64,000 nucleotides of DNA from Eledone cirrhosa (GCA_964016885.1 OZ024742.1:213466001-213530000), one strand, 5' to 3'; counted from the first letter of the stretch, positions 30,107-43,815 are shown. The notes: generated from the sequence alone by a model not told the origin. A program made the numbers and translations.

Positions 30107-30147
30107 CGGTGCTGACGATAGCTAACAAGCTTGAAACTAGTACATCG
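30107..30147 (+). ncRNA. Minimal type I hammerhead ribozyme, family J
   Basis: CGGTG-CTGACGA-T-AGCT-AACA-AGCT-T-GAAA-C-TA-GTA^CATCG. Confidence 0.82.
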
Positions 30148-30375
30148 TTCCTGTGTCAGTGTTAAACAAAAATGTGACGTGGTTGCCTGAACACTGTACG
30201 GCGTAAATCAGGCTGTCCGTTTGTTTACAAACGAACAAAGCGAACATTATAATAAATGTTCGGTAAACTGATACGTGCATATATATATGTGTGCCTGTAT
30301 GTATATATATATATATATATATACATGCTACTGTACGTCTGTATACATATATGTATGTACGTATACATACATACT

Positions 30376-30733
<358 letters not shown>

Positions 30734-30744
30734 CATATATATAA

Positions 30745-31143
30745 AGAATTAGTATATCTACCAACATATATATACAGATGCATACCTATGCCAGAAAATA
30801 TATAGGTTTTGTCATAGTAACTTTGTGGTTCAATGCAAGGGGATGCAGAACAATTATATGAAAGACGTAAAATATGAAAATTATGAAAATCAACTTACTT
30901 ACTAAAATTTCACTCCAACTAATTAGTTTCTGTAAGGGAATAAACATGGTTTCGGAATGGAACCACAGAGAAAATCCTTACGTCATCAGGGAGTCTATTC
31001 TCAGCTAAGTTCCCAGGCAATGCGTGGACACAGGGAACTTATACAAAAATAATTCACTGGTAGGAAAAAAGCGAGCGGGGACTAAATTCCAGACAGTGAA
31101 ATTTTAGTAAGTAAGTTGATTTTCATTATTTTACGTCTTTCAT
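30745..31143 (-). mobile_element. Diverged family B element with a short inverted tail (31095-31143)
   Basis: Colinear with 5660-6040; tail is the reverse complement of about 30858-30914. Confidence 0.8.
30912..30994 (-). ncRNA. Type I hammerhead ribozyme, family B relative
   Basis: ACTCC-CTGATGA-C-GTAAGG..CCTTAC-A-GAAA-C-TAATTA-GTT^GGAGT; compensatory changes versus 7041-7122. Confidence 0.88.
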
Positions 31144-31201
31144 ATATATATATATATATATATATAATGAATCAAGGAATTCATTTTAAACCAGTTAATT
31201 T

Positions 31202-31450
31202 GTTTACGCACGTTTCACTAGTCAAATAAATAATTGTTTCTACTTTTGGCACAAGGCCAGCAATTACCCAGTGTATTACTGGTACTTTATTTTATCGACC
31301 CACTCAGGATGAAAGGCAAAGTTAACCTTGGCGGGATTTGAACTCAGAATGGCAAGGGCCGTAACTCTATGCGTCAAAGTATGGCGTCCGACCCTCTACC
31401 GATACTGCCATGAAAGACAGTTTATTCCTGGAATACTAGCTCATCAGAAC
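31202..31450 (-). ncRNA. Type I hammerhead ribozyme (family K) split by a SINE inserted in loop II
   Basis: GTT-CTGATGA-GCTAGT..[SINE]..ACTAGT-GAAA-CG-TG-C-GTA^AAC. Confidence 0.7.
31231..31410 (-). mobile_element. tRNA-derived SINE inside the family K HHR
   Basis: Consensus match, slightly 5'-truncated. Confidence 0.9.
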
Positions 31451-32073
31451 CAAATAAATGATATACCTTGCATGTTTGAAGAAATAAGAGATGTCTTGAC
31501 GTTGTAAGTGAAGATGTAAATAAATAACGTTTAAAAAAATACCTATTAAAATGTTGTTAAATTTATGGAAAGCTACAACAATAATTGATATCTGTAAGAT
31601 ATTTCACTCACTAAATTATATCATTACAATAAAGATAATATACACTAAATATAGAGCTAGATATATAAGTTAGGCGGGTGTATAGTTATACAATGTGAAA
31701 TATAATGACATTTTTCACTTCGTAAGTGAGGTTTTAAATAATTTAGGTTTAAAATGATATTAAACAGAACGTTAAAATGATAGAATCTTAAAACAGTGAT
31801 AAATGTGCATCTATAATTTAATATTTATGTTTACTGATTTAAGATATTTCACTAAGTTATATACATACAAGGGAGATAACCTACAATAGACATATAGCTA
31901 GGAATATTACTTAGGTAGAGATGTATTTACGAGATAAATACATACAGAATGGATAATGCAAGAAAAAAATTAGTTATGTACGTATTTAGGACCTAGGATT
32001 TAAAATTAGTAGCAATCGAAAAATGGATATGAATTATGAGTTGTATAAAATTGTTTAAAATATTTATAGTCTA

Positions 32074-32699
32074 CTAGCTGAATTACCCGGCGTTGCCCGG
32101 GTTCTCATAATTATTTCAAAATATCTATATTTTATAAAATAAATATCAAAATTGTAATGATAATAGAATTTAGAAATGAAAATCTATCAATCTTGAAGCA
32201 CCTTAGGGTAAACATTATTCATTGTGTAATGTTTTGTTGGTGTCCAAATGAATAAATTGTTGCTCTCACACACATACACTCGCATAAATATACTAAGACA
32301 GACACACACAGACATACATTCATGCACACCTGTCTGTCATCACATATGTATCTGTATGTGTAGATGTGTGTGTGTGTGTTTAATTGCCTATATGTATGTG
32401 TAGATCTGTGTGTGTGTATTTAATTCTCGTATGTAACGAACTCGCAAAGACGCACACACTCACAGACACATACACACTCATATACAATGTGACGTCATCG
32501 TAGTGGTGGTTTATAGAAAGGTTATTTTAGATAAAATATATTTTTTAAATCCAAATGAAAATAAAAATTACATGTTGACACCCACGGGGTCTAATACGGG
32601 GTCTATTACCTTGTAAAATTTGATTTGATTTAGTCCAGCTGTTTGAGAATGCATAGGAACAGACAGACAGACAGAGAAATAAAGAATTCTATATATAGA
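32074..32699 (-). mobile_element. Non-autonomous Helitron (Lep1-like architecture)
   Basis: 5' TCTATATATAG with (CTGT)n; 3' hairpin CCCGGGCAACGCCGGG then CTAG|T. Confidence 0.8.
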
Positions 32700-33079
32700 G
32701 AAAAAAGGGGTGCATGATTCAAAATTCTAAGTGGGTACAGTGGGTTAATTTGTTTGGAAAACATAGCAAATTGTTCTATGTGAACAAGAAAGGATTATCT
32801 CATTTTTCAAATTTAGTAGAATAATCTTTGGAGTAATTATTCATTAGGAAAAACTAGACAAGAAGAGATGAGATATGAAGAAAGATTTATTACATTATAT
32901 TCCCTAACACATGTTTCTTCGTTAATATGCAATCACCCACGTGTGCTGAATCGGAACATTCTGTGTTATTCACTCGCTCGCAATGAATCCGAATCCAGCA
33001 AATCATCTGAGAGAAATGAACTTTTATGAAAATGTTGAAGATAATATAGTAAAGCCAGTGAATTGGGTTATATTATTTG

Positions 33080-33440
33080 TCGGTGGAGGGTCGGACGCCA
33101 TGCTTTCCAGCATAGTTACGTCCCTTTACGATCTGAGTTCAAATCCCGCCGAGGTTGACTTTGCCTTTCATCCTCACGGGGTAGATAAAATAAAGTACCA
33201 GTAATGCACTGGGATATTGCTGGCCTTGTGCCTAAACTAGAAACAATTATTTGATATGGATTGGCAGTATCGGTAGAGGGTCGGACGCCATGCTTTCCAG
33301 CATAGTTACGTCCCTTTACGATCTGAGTTCAAATCCGCCGAGGTTGACTTTGCCTTTCATCCTTACGGGGTCGATAAAATAAAGTACCAGTAATGCACTG
33401 GTTAATTGCTGGCCTTGTGCCTAAAGTAGAAACAATTATT
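33080..33440 (+). mobile_element. Two tandem tRNA-derived SINEs
   Basis: Copies at about 33080-33250 and 33259-33440. Confidence 0.9.
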
Positions 33441-33964
33441 TGATAGTTAAAAATTAATTTGTAAATAGACATATACCCGTACATACACATACATATTCAT
33501 AATACAGCCGTACAAATACATTTGACATATATTTGTGTAAAAGGTGAAGGGGGGGGGGGGGGGGTAGCGATTAACTAACTCTGTTAATACTACGTTAATT
33601 GAATCGAATATCCTTTGTTGTTGCTGTTGTTCAGCCCTGTGTCAGCCCTGATAAAGTAGATCTATGAACAAAGGCATTACAGTTGTAACCATCCAATTTT
33701 TATGTCCAGGGATCTCTGGACCTCATGATGTACTGTGTCCTTTTCTAAGAGTGTAGGGTGTGATTCGTGGAAGATTCAAAAGAACCCAAATCGCAAGAAC
33801 CGTAGAGCAAGTGTTAAATCATCAGTGAGTGGAAGGTACAAAGTTGTTTCTTTTCCACGTTTAAGAAAATGCACGTTATTTATGCTATTACCATCTCTGG
33901 GAAAGTCACAAACGTCGACTATTCAACCGAGGAAACTCTACATGATCACACAACAAAAATGTGA

Positions 33965-34180
33965 AAGACTACATTATTTTCCTAGATACACTGTCTCAAA
34001 AAGGTGGAAGACTACATTATTTTCATAGATACACTGTCTTAAAAAACAGAAGACTACATTATTTTCCTAGATACAGTCTTAAAAAAAAAAAGCGGAAGAC
34101 TATATTATTTTTCATAGATACACTGTCTTAAAAAACAGAAGACTACATTATTTTCCTAGATACACTGTCTTAAAAAAAAA
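33965..34180. repeat. Minisatellite, about 41-46-bp unit x5
   Basis: AAGACTACATTATTTTC(C/A)TAGATACACTGTCTTAAAAA repeated. Confidence 0.92.
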
Positions 34181-34721
34181 TACAAACACAGAAGAGGATT
34201 ACTTGGCCACTGTTGAAATTTCTTTTGATCAAACTTATATTTGACCAGAATTGACCGGGAACTAAATAACAACAACAACGCGAACATCGAAGCTTTCTAC
34301 TTTATTATCCCCATACACATACATATACAGTATTTATATTAATTCATAGCAAATCAATATTTCATAAATTAATTACGCCCCGACTTTTAATAATTGAAGT
34401 TAATGACTCATTAACTGCAATAATTATCGTGTTCTAATTCATTCATATCACTTCCACCATCATGTAATGTATTGATACAATAGATGGTTCAAGCGGATTT
34501 CTGAACTTTTCTTTCATTGCCCAGGCTCAGAAGAGTATTAAAACGTAGCACTGCAGGCTAACAAATAATCTCGCCAATTAGACATTGCTCCCAAATTCAC
34601 CACGGAAACTAAAATTCTCTACCTACCTCCGTCTCTCTGTCAGTATGTCTGGCTCTCTCTGCCTCTGTCTTTCTATCTGCCTCTCCATCTCTCTCTCCTT
34701 ATATATATATATAGAGATTTA

Positions 34722-34809
<88 letters not shown>

Positions 34810-35201
34810 CCTCATGTGTTTAAACAGGAACTAATATTATTGTTCAAATGGCGTTATTGTAATTTTGAAGTGACAGCTTGAAGATCCTAGAACTGCGAAT
34901 TACCACATAATATGTAATCCATCTCGTGAAACTTGAAAGTAGCAGTTATATTTACCATTTAATGTAGTGTACCAATAACTTAGTGTCTACAGTTTTAGAC
35001 TTACGGTCGTAAAGTCACGACTTCGATTCCCAGACGTAGTTGCTCGTTGTGCTCATAGAAATGACACTTAATTTCCCGTTGTCCCATTCTTCTCAACGGG
35101 GAAAAAAAAAATTAGTTGCGATGACACAGTCTTTGTTTTTCCATTAGACAACATCGGTGTTGGGGAGAGGGGAGACTGTTGGTCTTCCGTAAAAACATCT
35201 T

Positions 35202-35313
<112 letters not shown>

Positions 35314-35332
35314 ATATATATGTATATATATG

Positions 35333-35364
<32 letters not shown>

Positions 35365-35565
35365 ATTTGATAAAAATAACAGGAGGCCGGACTGGCAATA
35401 TTCCGTTAAAGTTTTATTGTTGCAAAAAACGGTATATATTTCAATGGCCTAGTTACGCAAGATTCTAGCGACATCATCATGTTCGGATTGCATAATCAAT
35501 AAAGGAGTGTAGTGAAAATATTTGACTCTGAGAGGGTCCGCGAAATAGGTGTTATTGTTGGTGCA

Positions 35566-35684
<119 letters not shown>

Positions 35685-35689
35685 TATAT

Positions 35690-35997
35690 TAAAAAGTGAG
35701 GTTCTTTTTACAAAATGAAAAATAACCGAGGTGTCCTACACGAGTGAAAGTATAAAGAAAAAAAGATGAAATCGAAAATGCAACTGGAGTCTTATTTAAA
35801 AAAAAAATATATATATTTATTTGGTTCCTTTACCGGTTTCTCACATCTGTGAGAAAAACCACAGACCCTCCATCTCAACTCTGCTTTTGAAAAGCAGAAG
35901 AACTGCGAAACCGGTAAAGGAACCAAATAAATATATATATTTTTTTAAAAATAAGACTCCAGTTGCATTTTCGATTTCATCTTTTTTTCTTTTTATA
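35690..35997. repeat. Fold-back fragment of family M
   Basis: 35751-35840 vs 35907-35997 inverted; homologous to 37325-37470 and 38200-38340. Confidence 0.85.
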
Positions 35998-36059
35998 TAT
36001 ATATATATAGTAAATGAGTGAAGAATAACGTAGTCGGGTGTACAGTAGGGTTTATTCAA

Positions 36060-36170
36060 AGTATTAACAATTGTTTCATTAGACCGGTGTGTCTAAAAAT
36101 CGGTGTTGGCAGAGTGCTACGTCTCTCGTCTTTAATTGCAGTCGATACCCGAATAAATCATCAGAATACT
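36060..36170 (-). ncRNA. Type I hammerhead ribozyme with about 85-nt stem II domain (family N)
   Basis: AGTATT-CTGATGA-T-TTA..TAA-T-GAAA-C-AATT-GTT^AATACT. Confidence 0.65.
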
Positions 36171-36305
36171 GATCTGTGTCTTAAATCGGCCACTCGACTA
36201 AGGTAGCTTCTTGTTGTGTCAAGCAACGCTGAACGTTAAAACTATCCTCGATACAGAGTAATCATAACCTCCACTTGGATTACCTTAAACGATATCTCGT
36301 TAACT

Positions 36306-36408
<103 letters not shown>

Positions 36409-36844
36409 AAGGGCGGAAAAACTCATAAGAGTCAACGGCCATCCAAAAGTGTGTAAATATGTATATACACATGTACCGCGCCGTAAAACCACTGGGAGTG
36501 AAGGACCCCTAGGCCTTTGTCAGGGCATTCTTCTAGGAGAAGGCAACTCAGGAAACTGGGATAACTCCGATATAAAACCTGCGGCTCAGTAGTTACCGAT
36601 GATGTTGATCTTTTCTTCTTTTCGGGTTATAGCTACTGTCGCTGAGAGAGTGGGATTGGCTCAGTGCATAGTATTTTCTCACTTTTCTATCTTCACGCAC
36701 AGGCATAGAATTAATTAATAATTATTAATAATGGTATCTCGTGCCATGGCAATACTCGATAACGAGGGGGCAGCCATCATCATCATATATATATATAATA
36801 TGCATAAGGAAAATATATACTTTCAAACATTCAATCATCTGATA

Positions 36845-36885
36845 CGATGCTGACGATAGCTAATAAGCTTGAAATTAGTTCATCG
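36845..36885 (+). ncRNA. Minimal hammerhead ribozyme, diverged family J
   Basis: CGATG-CTGACGA-T-AGCT-AATA-AGCT-T-GAAA-T-TA-GTT^CATCG. Confidence 0.75.
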
Positions 36886-37151
36886 TTCCTTTGTCAGTGT
36901 TGAATAAAAGGGCGACGATGGTTGCCGAACACTGTACGGCTTATTTCGGGCTGTTTGTTTACAAAAAACCGAACATTATAATAAATGTTCGGTAAACCCA
37001 TACGTACATATATATATATATATGTGTGCATGTATGTATATGTATACATACTACTGTACGTCTGTATACATATATGTATGTACGTATACATACTTATATT
37101 TAAATATCAGCCGTACTAAGAGTGAGAAATGAAATTTCATTTCATTCTTTT

Positions 37152-37211
<60 letters not shown>

Positions 37212-37269
37212 TCAGCGAGAATCGCATTTCGGCGGGTAGAAAAGGCGAAACAGAACGCAAAAATCAGAG

Positions 37270-37324
<55 letters not shown>

Positions 37325-37327
<3 letters not shown>

Positions 37328-38339
37328 AAGGAAAAAAGATGAAATCGAAAATGCAACTGGAGTATTTTTTTGTAAAAATATATATTTATTTGGTTCCTTT
37401 ACCGGTTTGGCAGTTCTTCTGCTTTTCAAAAGTAGAATTGAGATGGAGGGTTTGTGGTTTTTCTCACATCTAGTTGGTGTTTGAATGTTACTTCTGTTTT
37501 ATATGGAAAAAAGTGTCTCGAAATGCTAGGTTTTTACAAAAGTAATTTGGTTGGTTGGTGAATAAGTATAATAAACTTCGCGCCAGTCGCGTTACAAAGT
37601 TCTTATTATATTTAGCTTTAAAAAAAAGGGTGGGGGTGGGGGCGGATCTGGTTGTTTTTTCATATATGAGTGAAGTTTGGTTGGTTGATGCAGTCACGTG
37701 AATAAGCACATCAGTCATACTCAGAACAAATCTCTCCATCCCTTTTTCTTGACCATTATCTTTTGTTTGGCACAAACTTCTCTAAATGTCTACAAAAAGA
37801 AAATACCAAAATACGGGCACGAAATTTAATGTACTCGTTCACGCGACAGTCATAATTTCGTTTATAACCAATCAAATTACATTTATAAAAAAAAAAAGCC
37901 TTCGTGAGCCACTTTTTTTTAAGTAAAAAGAAATTCAAACACAAACTGGCGCGAAAGCTGATGTGCTTATTCACGTGACTGCATCATCCAACCAAACTTC
38001 ACTCATATATGAAAAAACAACCCGAGGTCCCCCTTTTTTTGAAGGCAAATATAATAAGAACTTTGTAACGCGAACTCTCGCGAAATTTATTATACTTATT
38101 TACCAACCAACCAAATTACTTTTCTAAAAACCTAGCATTTCGAGCCACTTTTTTTTTTCCATATGAAACAGAAGTAGCATTCAAACACCAACCAGATGTG
38201 AGAAAAACCACAAATAAATATATATTTTTATTAAAAAAGACTCCAGTTGCATTTTCGATTTCATCTTTTTTCCTTATACTTTCACTCGTGTAGAACACCT
38301 CGTTTTTTTTTTTTTTTTGTAAAAAAACCTCACTTTCTT

Positions 38340-38340
<1 letters not shown>
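37325..38340. mobile_element. Long imperfect inverted-repeat element (family M), class unknown
   Basis: 37327-37713 vs 37959-38277 inverted with indels; flanked by (TA)n; no HHR or ORF recognised. Confidence 0.7.
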
Positions 38341-38381
<41 letters not shown>

Positions 38382-38624
38382 AAACTAAAAATCAGTGATG
38401 CATCTAAACTCAATTTATTGTGTGTTACAATTGTTTCGCCGGCGGGCAGCTCGAGGCACGATCATTGTGTGAATCTGTCTAATTCTGGATCCGCAGGTTC
38501 GCCGGACACGTCTAATGGTTTCAGAGCAAATTCTCTCTTTATCTTATATCACTATCACACTCTGCTCTGTAAGAACATAGAGTGGTCAACCGGCATACTG
38601 CCTATGGAAGCATCTTAGCTACCA

Positions 38625-39410
<786 letters not shown>

Positions 39411-39422
39411 AATATATATATA

Positions 39423-40605
39423 TAAACGTTTGTATATGTATAATAAAGCCAAAACAATGCAGATATGGACATAGAATAAAGAATGCAAATGCAAAAGATA
39501 TTGTTGACAATTAGTCTTTTACCTTAGATTTATTTAAATGTCCTTAATTTTCGAGATAATATCTCTTCTTCAGAGGGAAGTAAAGCTGTTAATCCAGTGT
39601 TCTAAATAGCTTGCCAAGTCATGCTGACAGGAAATGGTATAGAGTATCTGTTCTATCTCTAATGTCAAAGAGTTAAGATTAGGTGGATAAAGAGTAGTTT
39701 CCCTTTAAAAGGTTTTTTTTTTTTGTACATGCCTGTTTAAGTGTGTGGTAGAATGCATGAAGGTGTAAGTATCTGAGTGTGTGTATGTGAGTGTGAGAAG
39801 ATATGTCTATACGTAAATGTGGGGGATAGATGATGTTTCGTGTTAGAATTGGTTTTGTGTGTGTATGTGTGAGAGAGAATAAGTGGAGGTGTAAGCGTGT
39901 GTGTGTGTGTGCGCGTGTGTGTGGGGGGTGGTGTAAATATGGGGCTAGAAGCTCTATCAAGTTATAAATTGGGTGTTGAGTTCTAGTCTATTATTGATTG
40001 GTGGGTGTGTTTTGTCTATAATTAGTGCTTCCTTAATTCTAAGATTGCCGAGGTTTCTTTCCTTAGTTTCTATCCTAACTGTTATGGTTTTGTCGGTGTT
40101 TTTGCATTTAACTAGGTGTTTCTTAAATGAGGAAGCGTTAGTATTGAGGTGTTTTTTATTCTTATGTGGAGTGGTCTGGTGGTGCTACTTACGTAGAAGT
40201 TGTTGCATTTGTCACACTCTAGTCTGTATACGACGTAAGCCTGGTGGCATAGGTCTGTGTCGTTGATGGGGCAGTTGGCTAGTCTGCAGCAGTTGTCATG
40301 TCTGGTTGAGTGTCTTTTGGTTAGCTGTCCGCGTAGAGAAGGACCTGAGTGGGCCAGTTGGATATCTAATCCCTCTCGTCTGATAGCTCTGCGGATGGCT
40401 GTTGTTGTTTCTTCACTGAAGTGTGGGAGCTTCAGGAAGCAAATGTTAGTGCCTCGGGTGTGGTGTCCTCTGTTCTTTCTGGCACGGTTTGTGGTGGATG
40501 TCGTGTATCCGTTCAGTTTGAGTACTTCCAGGAAATGTGTGGTGTGTGTGTCTCGGTCTCTAGCGTCGGTGCATTTATTTGTTCCGGATACGTGTTAGTT
40601 CGTTA
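39423..40605 (-). mobile_element. 3' fragment of a Penelope-like element (family A) with GIY-YIG remnant and HHR core at 39549-39573
   Basis: Minus-strand translation VYRLECDKCNNFYVSSTTRPLHIRIK/(frameshift)HLNTNASSFKKHL..NLRIKEALIIDKTHPPINNRLE; CCT-CTGAAGA-A-GAGAT-ATT-ATCTC-GAAA-A-TTA^AGG. Confidence 0.85.
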
Positions 40606-40649
40606 TATATAAATACATATATATTTATATATATATGTATATATATATA

Positions 40650-40725
<76 letters not shown>

Positions 40726-40872
40726 ATAGATATATATAAATATATATGTATTTATATATAACGTCAGAAAGTGTAGGTGTAGGTATGTATAAATATGTAT
40801 AAATCTAGTTCCACAACATATAAGCAAACCATCTTCGATGACACGTGATATAACCTGCCAGTGTTTAACCAC

Positions 40873-41001
<129 letters not shown>

Positions 41002-41027
41002 TATATATATATATATATAATATATAT

Positions 41028-41779
41028 ATGAAGCTTGTTCCCTTCCTTCTACGGTTAGCTCTCCTCTTTGTTGTTATCTTGTCTCACTCGCTTTACGCGT
41101 TTAAATTGTCCTAATAACTTAATTTAGTTATTATTGCACCGACGTGAGGTATATGATTTTTAATGCAATGAAATATCTATGATCGTCGGCAAATCACTGA
41201 TGAGGAACTTATTTTATTACATGTTATCCATGTGCAACCTGCAGTATTCTTCTCCCCATTTTTTCACATATATTTACCTAAACTGCGATTCTGTTTTTTT
41301 CTCTCTCTCTCTCTTACTGCTCCCTCGTTCTCTCTGTTTCTCCTACTTTCTTTCGCCCCCCCCCTCTGTCATGTCAGTTAACTCTTCCTCACACTTCCAC
41401 TCACTCACTCACTGTTTCTCCTCTTCTCACTTCACCCCGTTCGCGACGAAAACATTTTCTCTCTTTCTCACATTTGAATTCGTTCCCGAAAGGTCTTTTT
41501 TCTAAGCGCTCATATATTCACCTAGCTTATGCTAACAAATTAACTATGAAGCTTGTTGTCTTCCTTCTACGGTTAGCTCTCCTCTTTGTTGTTATCTTGT
41601 CTCACTCGCTTTACGCGTTTAAATTGTCCTAATAACTTAATTTAGTTATTATTGCGCCGACGTGAGGTATATGATTTTTAATGCAATGAAATATCTATGA
41701 TCGTCGGCAAATCACTGATGAGGGACTTATTTTATTACATGTTATCCATGTGCAGCCTGCAGTATTCTTCTCCCCATTT

Positions 41780-41787
<8 letters not shown>
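41028..41787. repeat. Partial tandem duplication, 518-bp period (family Q), between (TA)n tracts
   Basis: 41028-41270 repeated at 41546-41787. Confidence 0.9.
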
Positions 41788-41829
<42 letters not shown>

Positions 41830-41832
<3 letters not shown>

Positions 41833-42924
41833 GAAACGATCGTTTGGAAAGAGGGATGTATTTAATTATGTCTCATAAAATAATACAACTGGCTATCCGC
41901 AAAATACGTATAGTTAGCACCCCAAACGTATAATTGGGATTATTACTAAGGTATATCCCAATGTTTGTTGAGTGAGACGGAAGTCGGTCGGAGTATTTCT
42001 TAAAGCTTTCTCTGTTAAGGCCACACCTTCCAACTCCCACTCGCCTGACTTTTCCCTACCCTCTTGACTGCTATCCCCTCTCCCTCTTTCGCACACTTCG
42101 CCCTGCCTTCTGCACCCACTGCCTTGACCTTCTTGACCACTTCCTGTTGCGCGCGCCACACAACTTTCTACTTCCTCCTCACAAATTCCACGGGTCCTAT
42201 ACCGCTGGCAACACTCTCAGGATATCTACGAGATTATACCCAGATTTTTACCATCTGCCACAGACTCACCCAAAACACACACACACAAACACTTACACCA
42301 TTTTCGCACACACGCAACTGTACATTCCCACGTGTCCACTCCACACAGAAACACACACACGTGCGTATCCTCTCATACACCCACTCTGCCTTCGGACCCC
42401 ACACGCTCCCTCCCTCCACCCCTTCCGACCTCTCTCCATCTACATGCACACACACATAGATTTACACCCCACCCCATGTACACACTGGTTTTCCTAATAC
42501 TCGAGCATGGAATTCCGTTCTCCCACAAACACTCACACTCACAATCACGCATACACACACACACATACACCAACACACATACACACACACCACCTTCCAC
42601 CCTCCCCGCTCGGACCCCCAATTTCCTTCACCTTCCTCCCTCCCCTCCATCCACCCACCACCACCGATAAACGTTTCACACCCTTTCACCACTTGTTTTC
42701 AACTTATTGTCCCACTCATGTGTTATTTTAATTTTATTTTTTCCCCTTTATTTTAATGTTTTTCCACCACTCCCCTCACACACCCTTTCGGAATTCCTCT
42801 CCTTCCCACCTTTCTCCTGATGAAGGGCTTATGCCCGAAACGTTGTCCCCTACCCCCACTCTCAAGCGTGAACCTAATACACCTTTCGTAACTCTCCTCC
42901 TTGTTGTTACTATTTACTTTTTCG

Positions 42925-42925
<1 letters not shown>
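41830..42925 (+). mobile_element. Non-coding C/AC-rich PLE-like element with minimal HHR core at 42817-42844 (family G-like)
   Basis: CTGATGA-A-GGGC-TTAT-GCCC-GAAA-CGTT; stem I poorly paired; flanked by (TA)n. Confidence 0.6.
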
Positions 42926-42966
<41 letters not shown>

Positions 42967-43025
42967 CAAGGCTCTGATACCATCAGCACTATGCACACAG
43001 AGCTGGCATATCTAAGAACTGACTA

Positions 43026-43081
43026 ACTGCCTGATGGGGTCATAGCCATTCAATGGCTATCATCGAAATATATATAGCAGT
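43026..43081 (+). ncRNA. Hammerhead ribozyme, family I relative (core CTGATGG)
   Basis: ACTGC-CTGATGG-GGT-C-ATAGCCA-TTCAA-TGGCTAT-C-ATC-GAAA-TATATATA^GCAGT. Confidence 0.65.
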
Positions 43082-43122
43082 AAATAAAGGATTATGAGTT
43101 CATGCAATTGACTTATGTTTCG

Positions 43123-43179
<57 letters not shown>

Positions 43180-43261
43180 CAAAGGAAATGTGGTAAGGAA
43201 CCAGATGGACCATAACGCACCAGAGTACTCAATACTTAGAGTAGTAGAGTGGGAAATAGGT

Positions 43262-43363
43262 AAAAGTATGACTCCGACGGCAGAGCTCAAGCCGTTTCGA
43301 CAGCTATTTCTGGACAAAAATAGCCGTCGAAACGGCTTGGGCTCTGCCGTCGGGGTCATACTT

Positions 43364-43365
<2 letters not shown>
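43262..43365. repeat. GC-rich hairpin, 48-bp arms, 8-nt loop
   Basis: 43262-43309 vs 43318-43365, 3 differences. Confidence 0.92.
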
Positions 43366-43431
<66 letters not shown>

Positions 43432-43437
<6 letters not shown>

Positions 43438-43695
43438 ATACTTTGGGAGGGTCATGTTGCCAATAAGAAACAGGCGCACCAGTTGCTTTCACTTCAATTT
43501 ATTATAATAAATTTATAAATTTAGGAATTTATATATTTCCGGTTGGTTGGTTGGTTGGTTCCACAACCAGATGATTGTTTATATATTGTCAAAGTCACAC
43601 ATTCTGTGACCTCTTCAGTGACTGGGGATTCTTTTCTTTGTTTTTGTGCCTCTCCTTTGTTCTGTCCTACGCCATCTTGTTTATGTGTGTGTTTG
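43432..43695 (-). mobile_element. Family H PLE terminal fragment, HHR with GAAA deleted
   Basis: Near-identical to 59275-59478; GTCA-CTGAAGA-G-GTCACA..TGTGAC-TTTGAC. Confidence 0.7.
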
Positions 43696-43815
43696 TATAT
43701 ATATATATAGTAATAATAATAAATTTGAAGACTAAAATCCAAAGGGGCTTGATAAGAATAAATATATATCAAATATATAAGAACCCTAGAGCAAATATTT
43801 ATTAAAATAGCAGAT

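Noticed and set aside
33965-34180. CRISPR-like periodicity
   Set aside because: Contiguous tandem units with no unique spacers; eukaryotic context
35430-35485. Minus-strand ATGATGA..CTAG/CTAG..GAAA-TATATA fold
   Set aside because: C3 missing and stem I not convincing; at best decayed
38422-38510. Minus-strand GTGT-CCGGCGA..GAAA-CAATTGTA-ACAC
   Set aside because: The 3' half is good but the core has two substitutions and stem II is unclear
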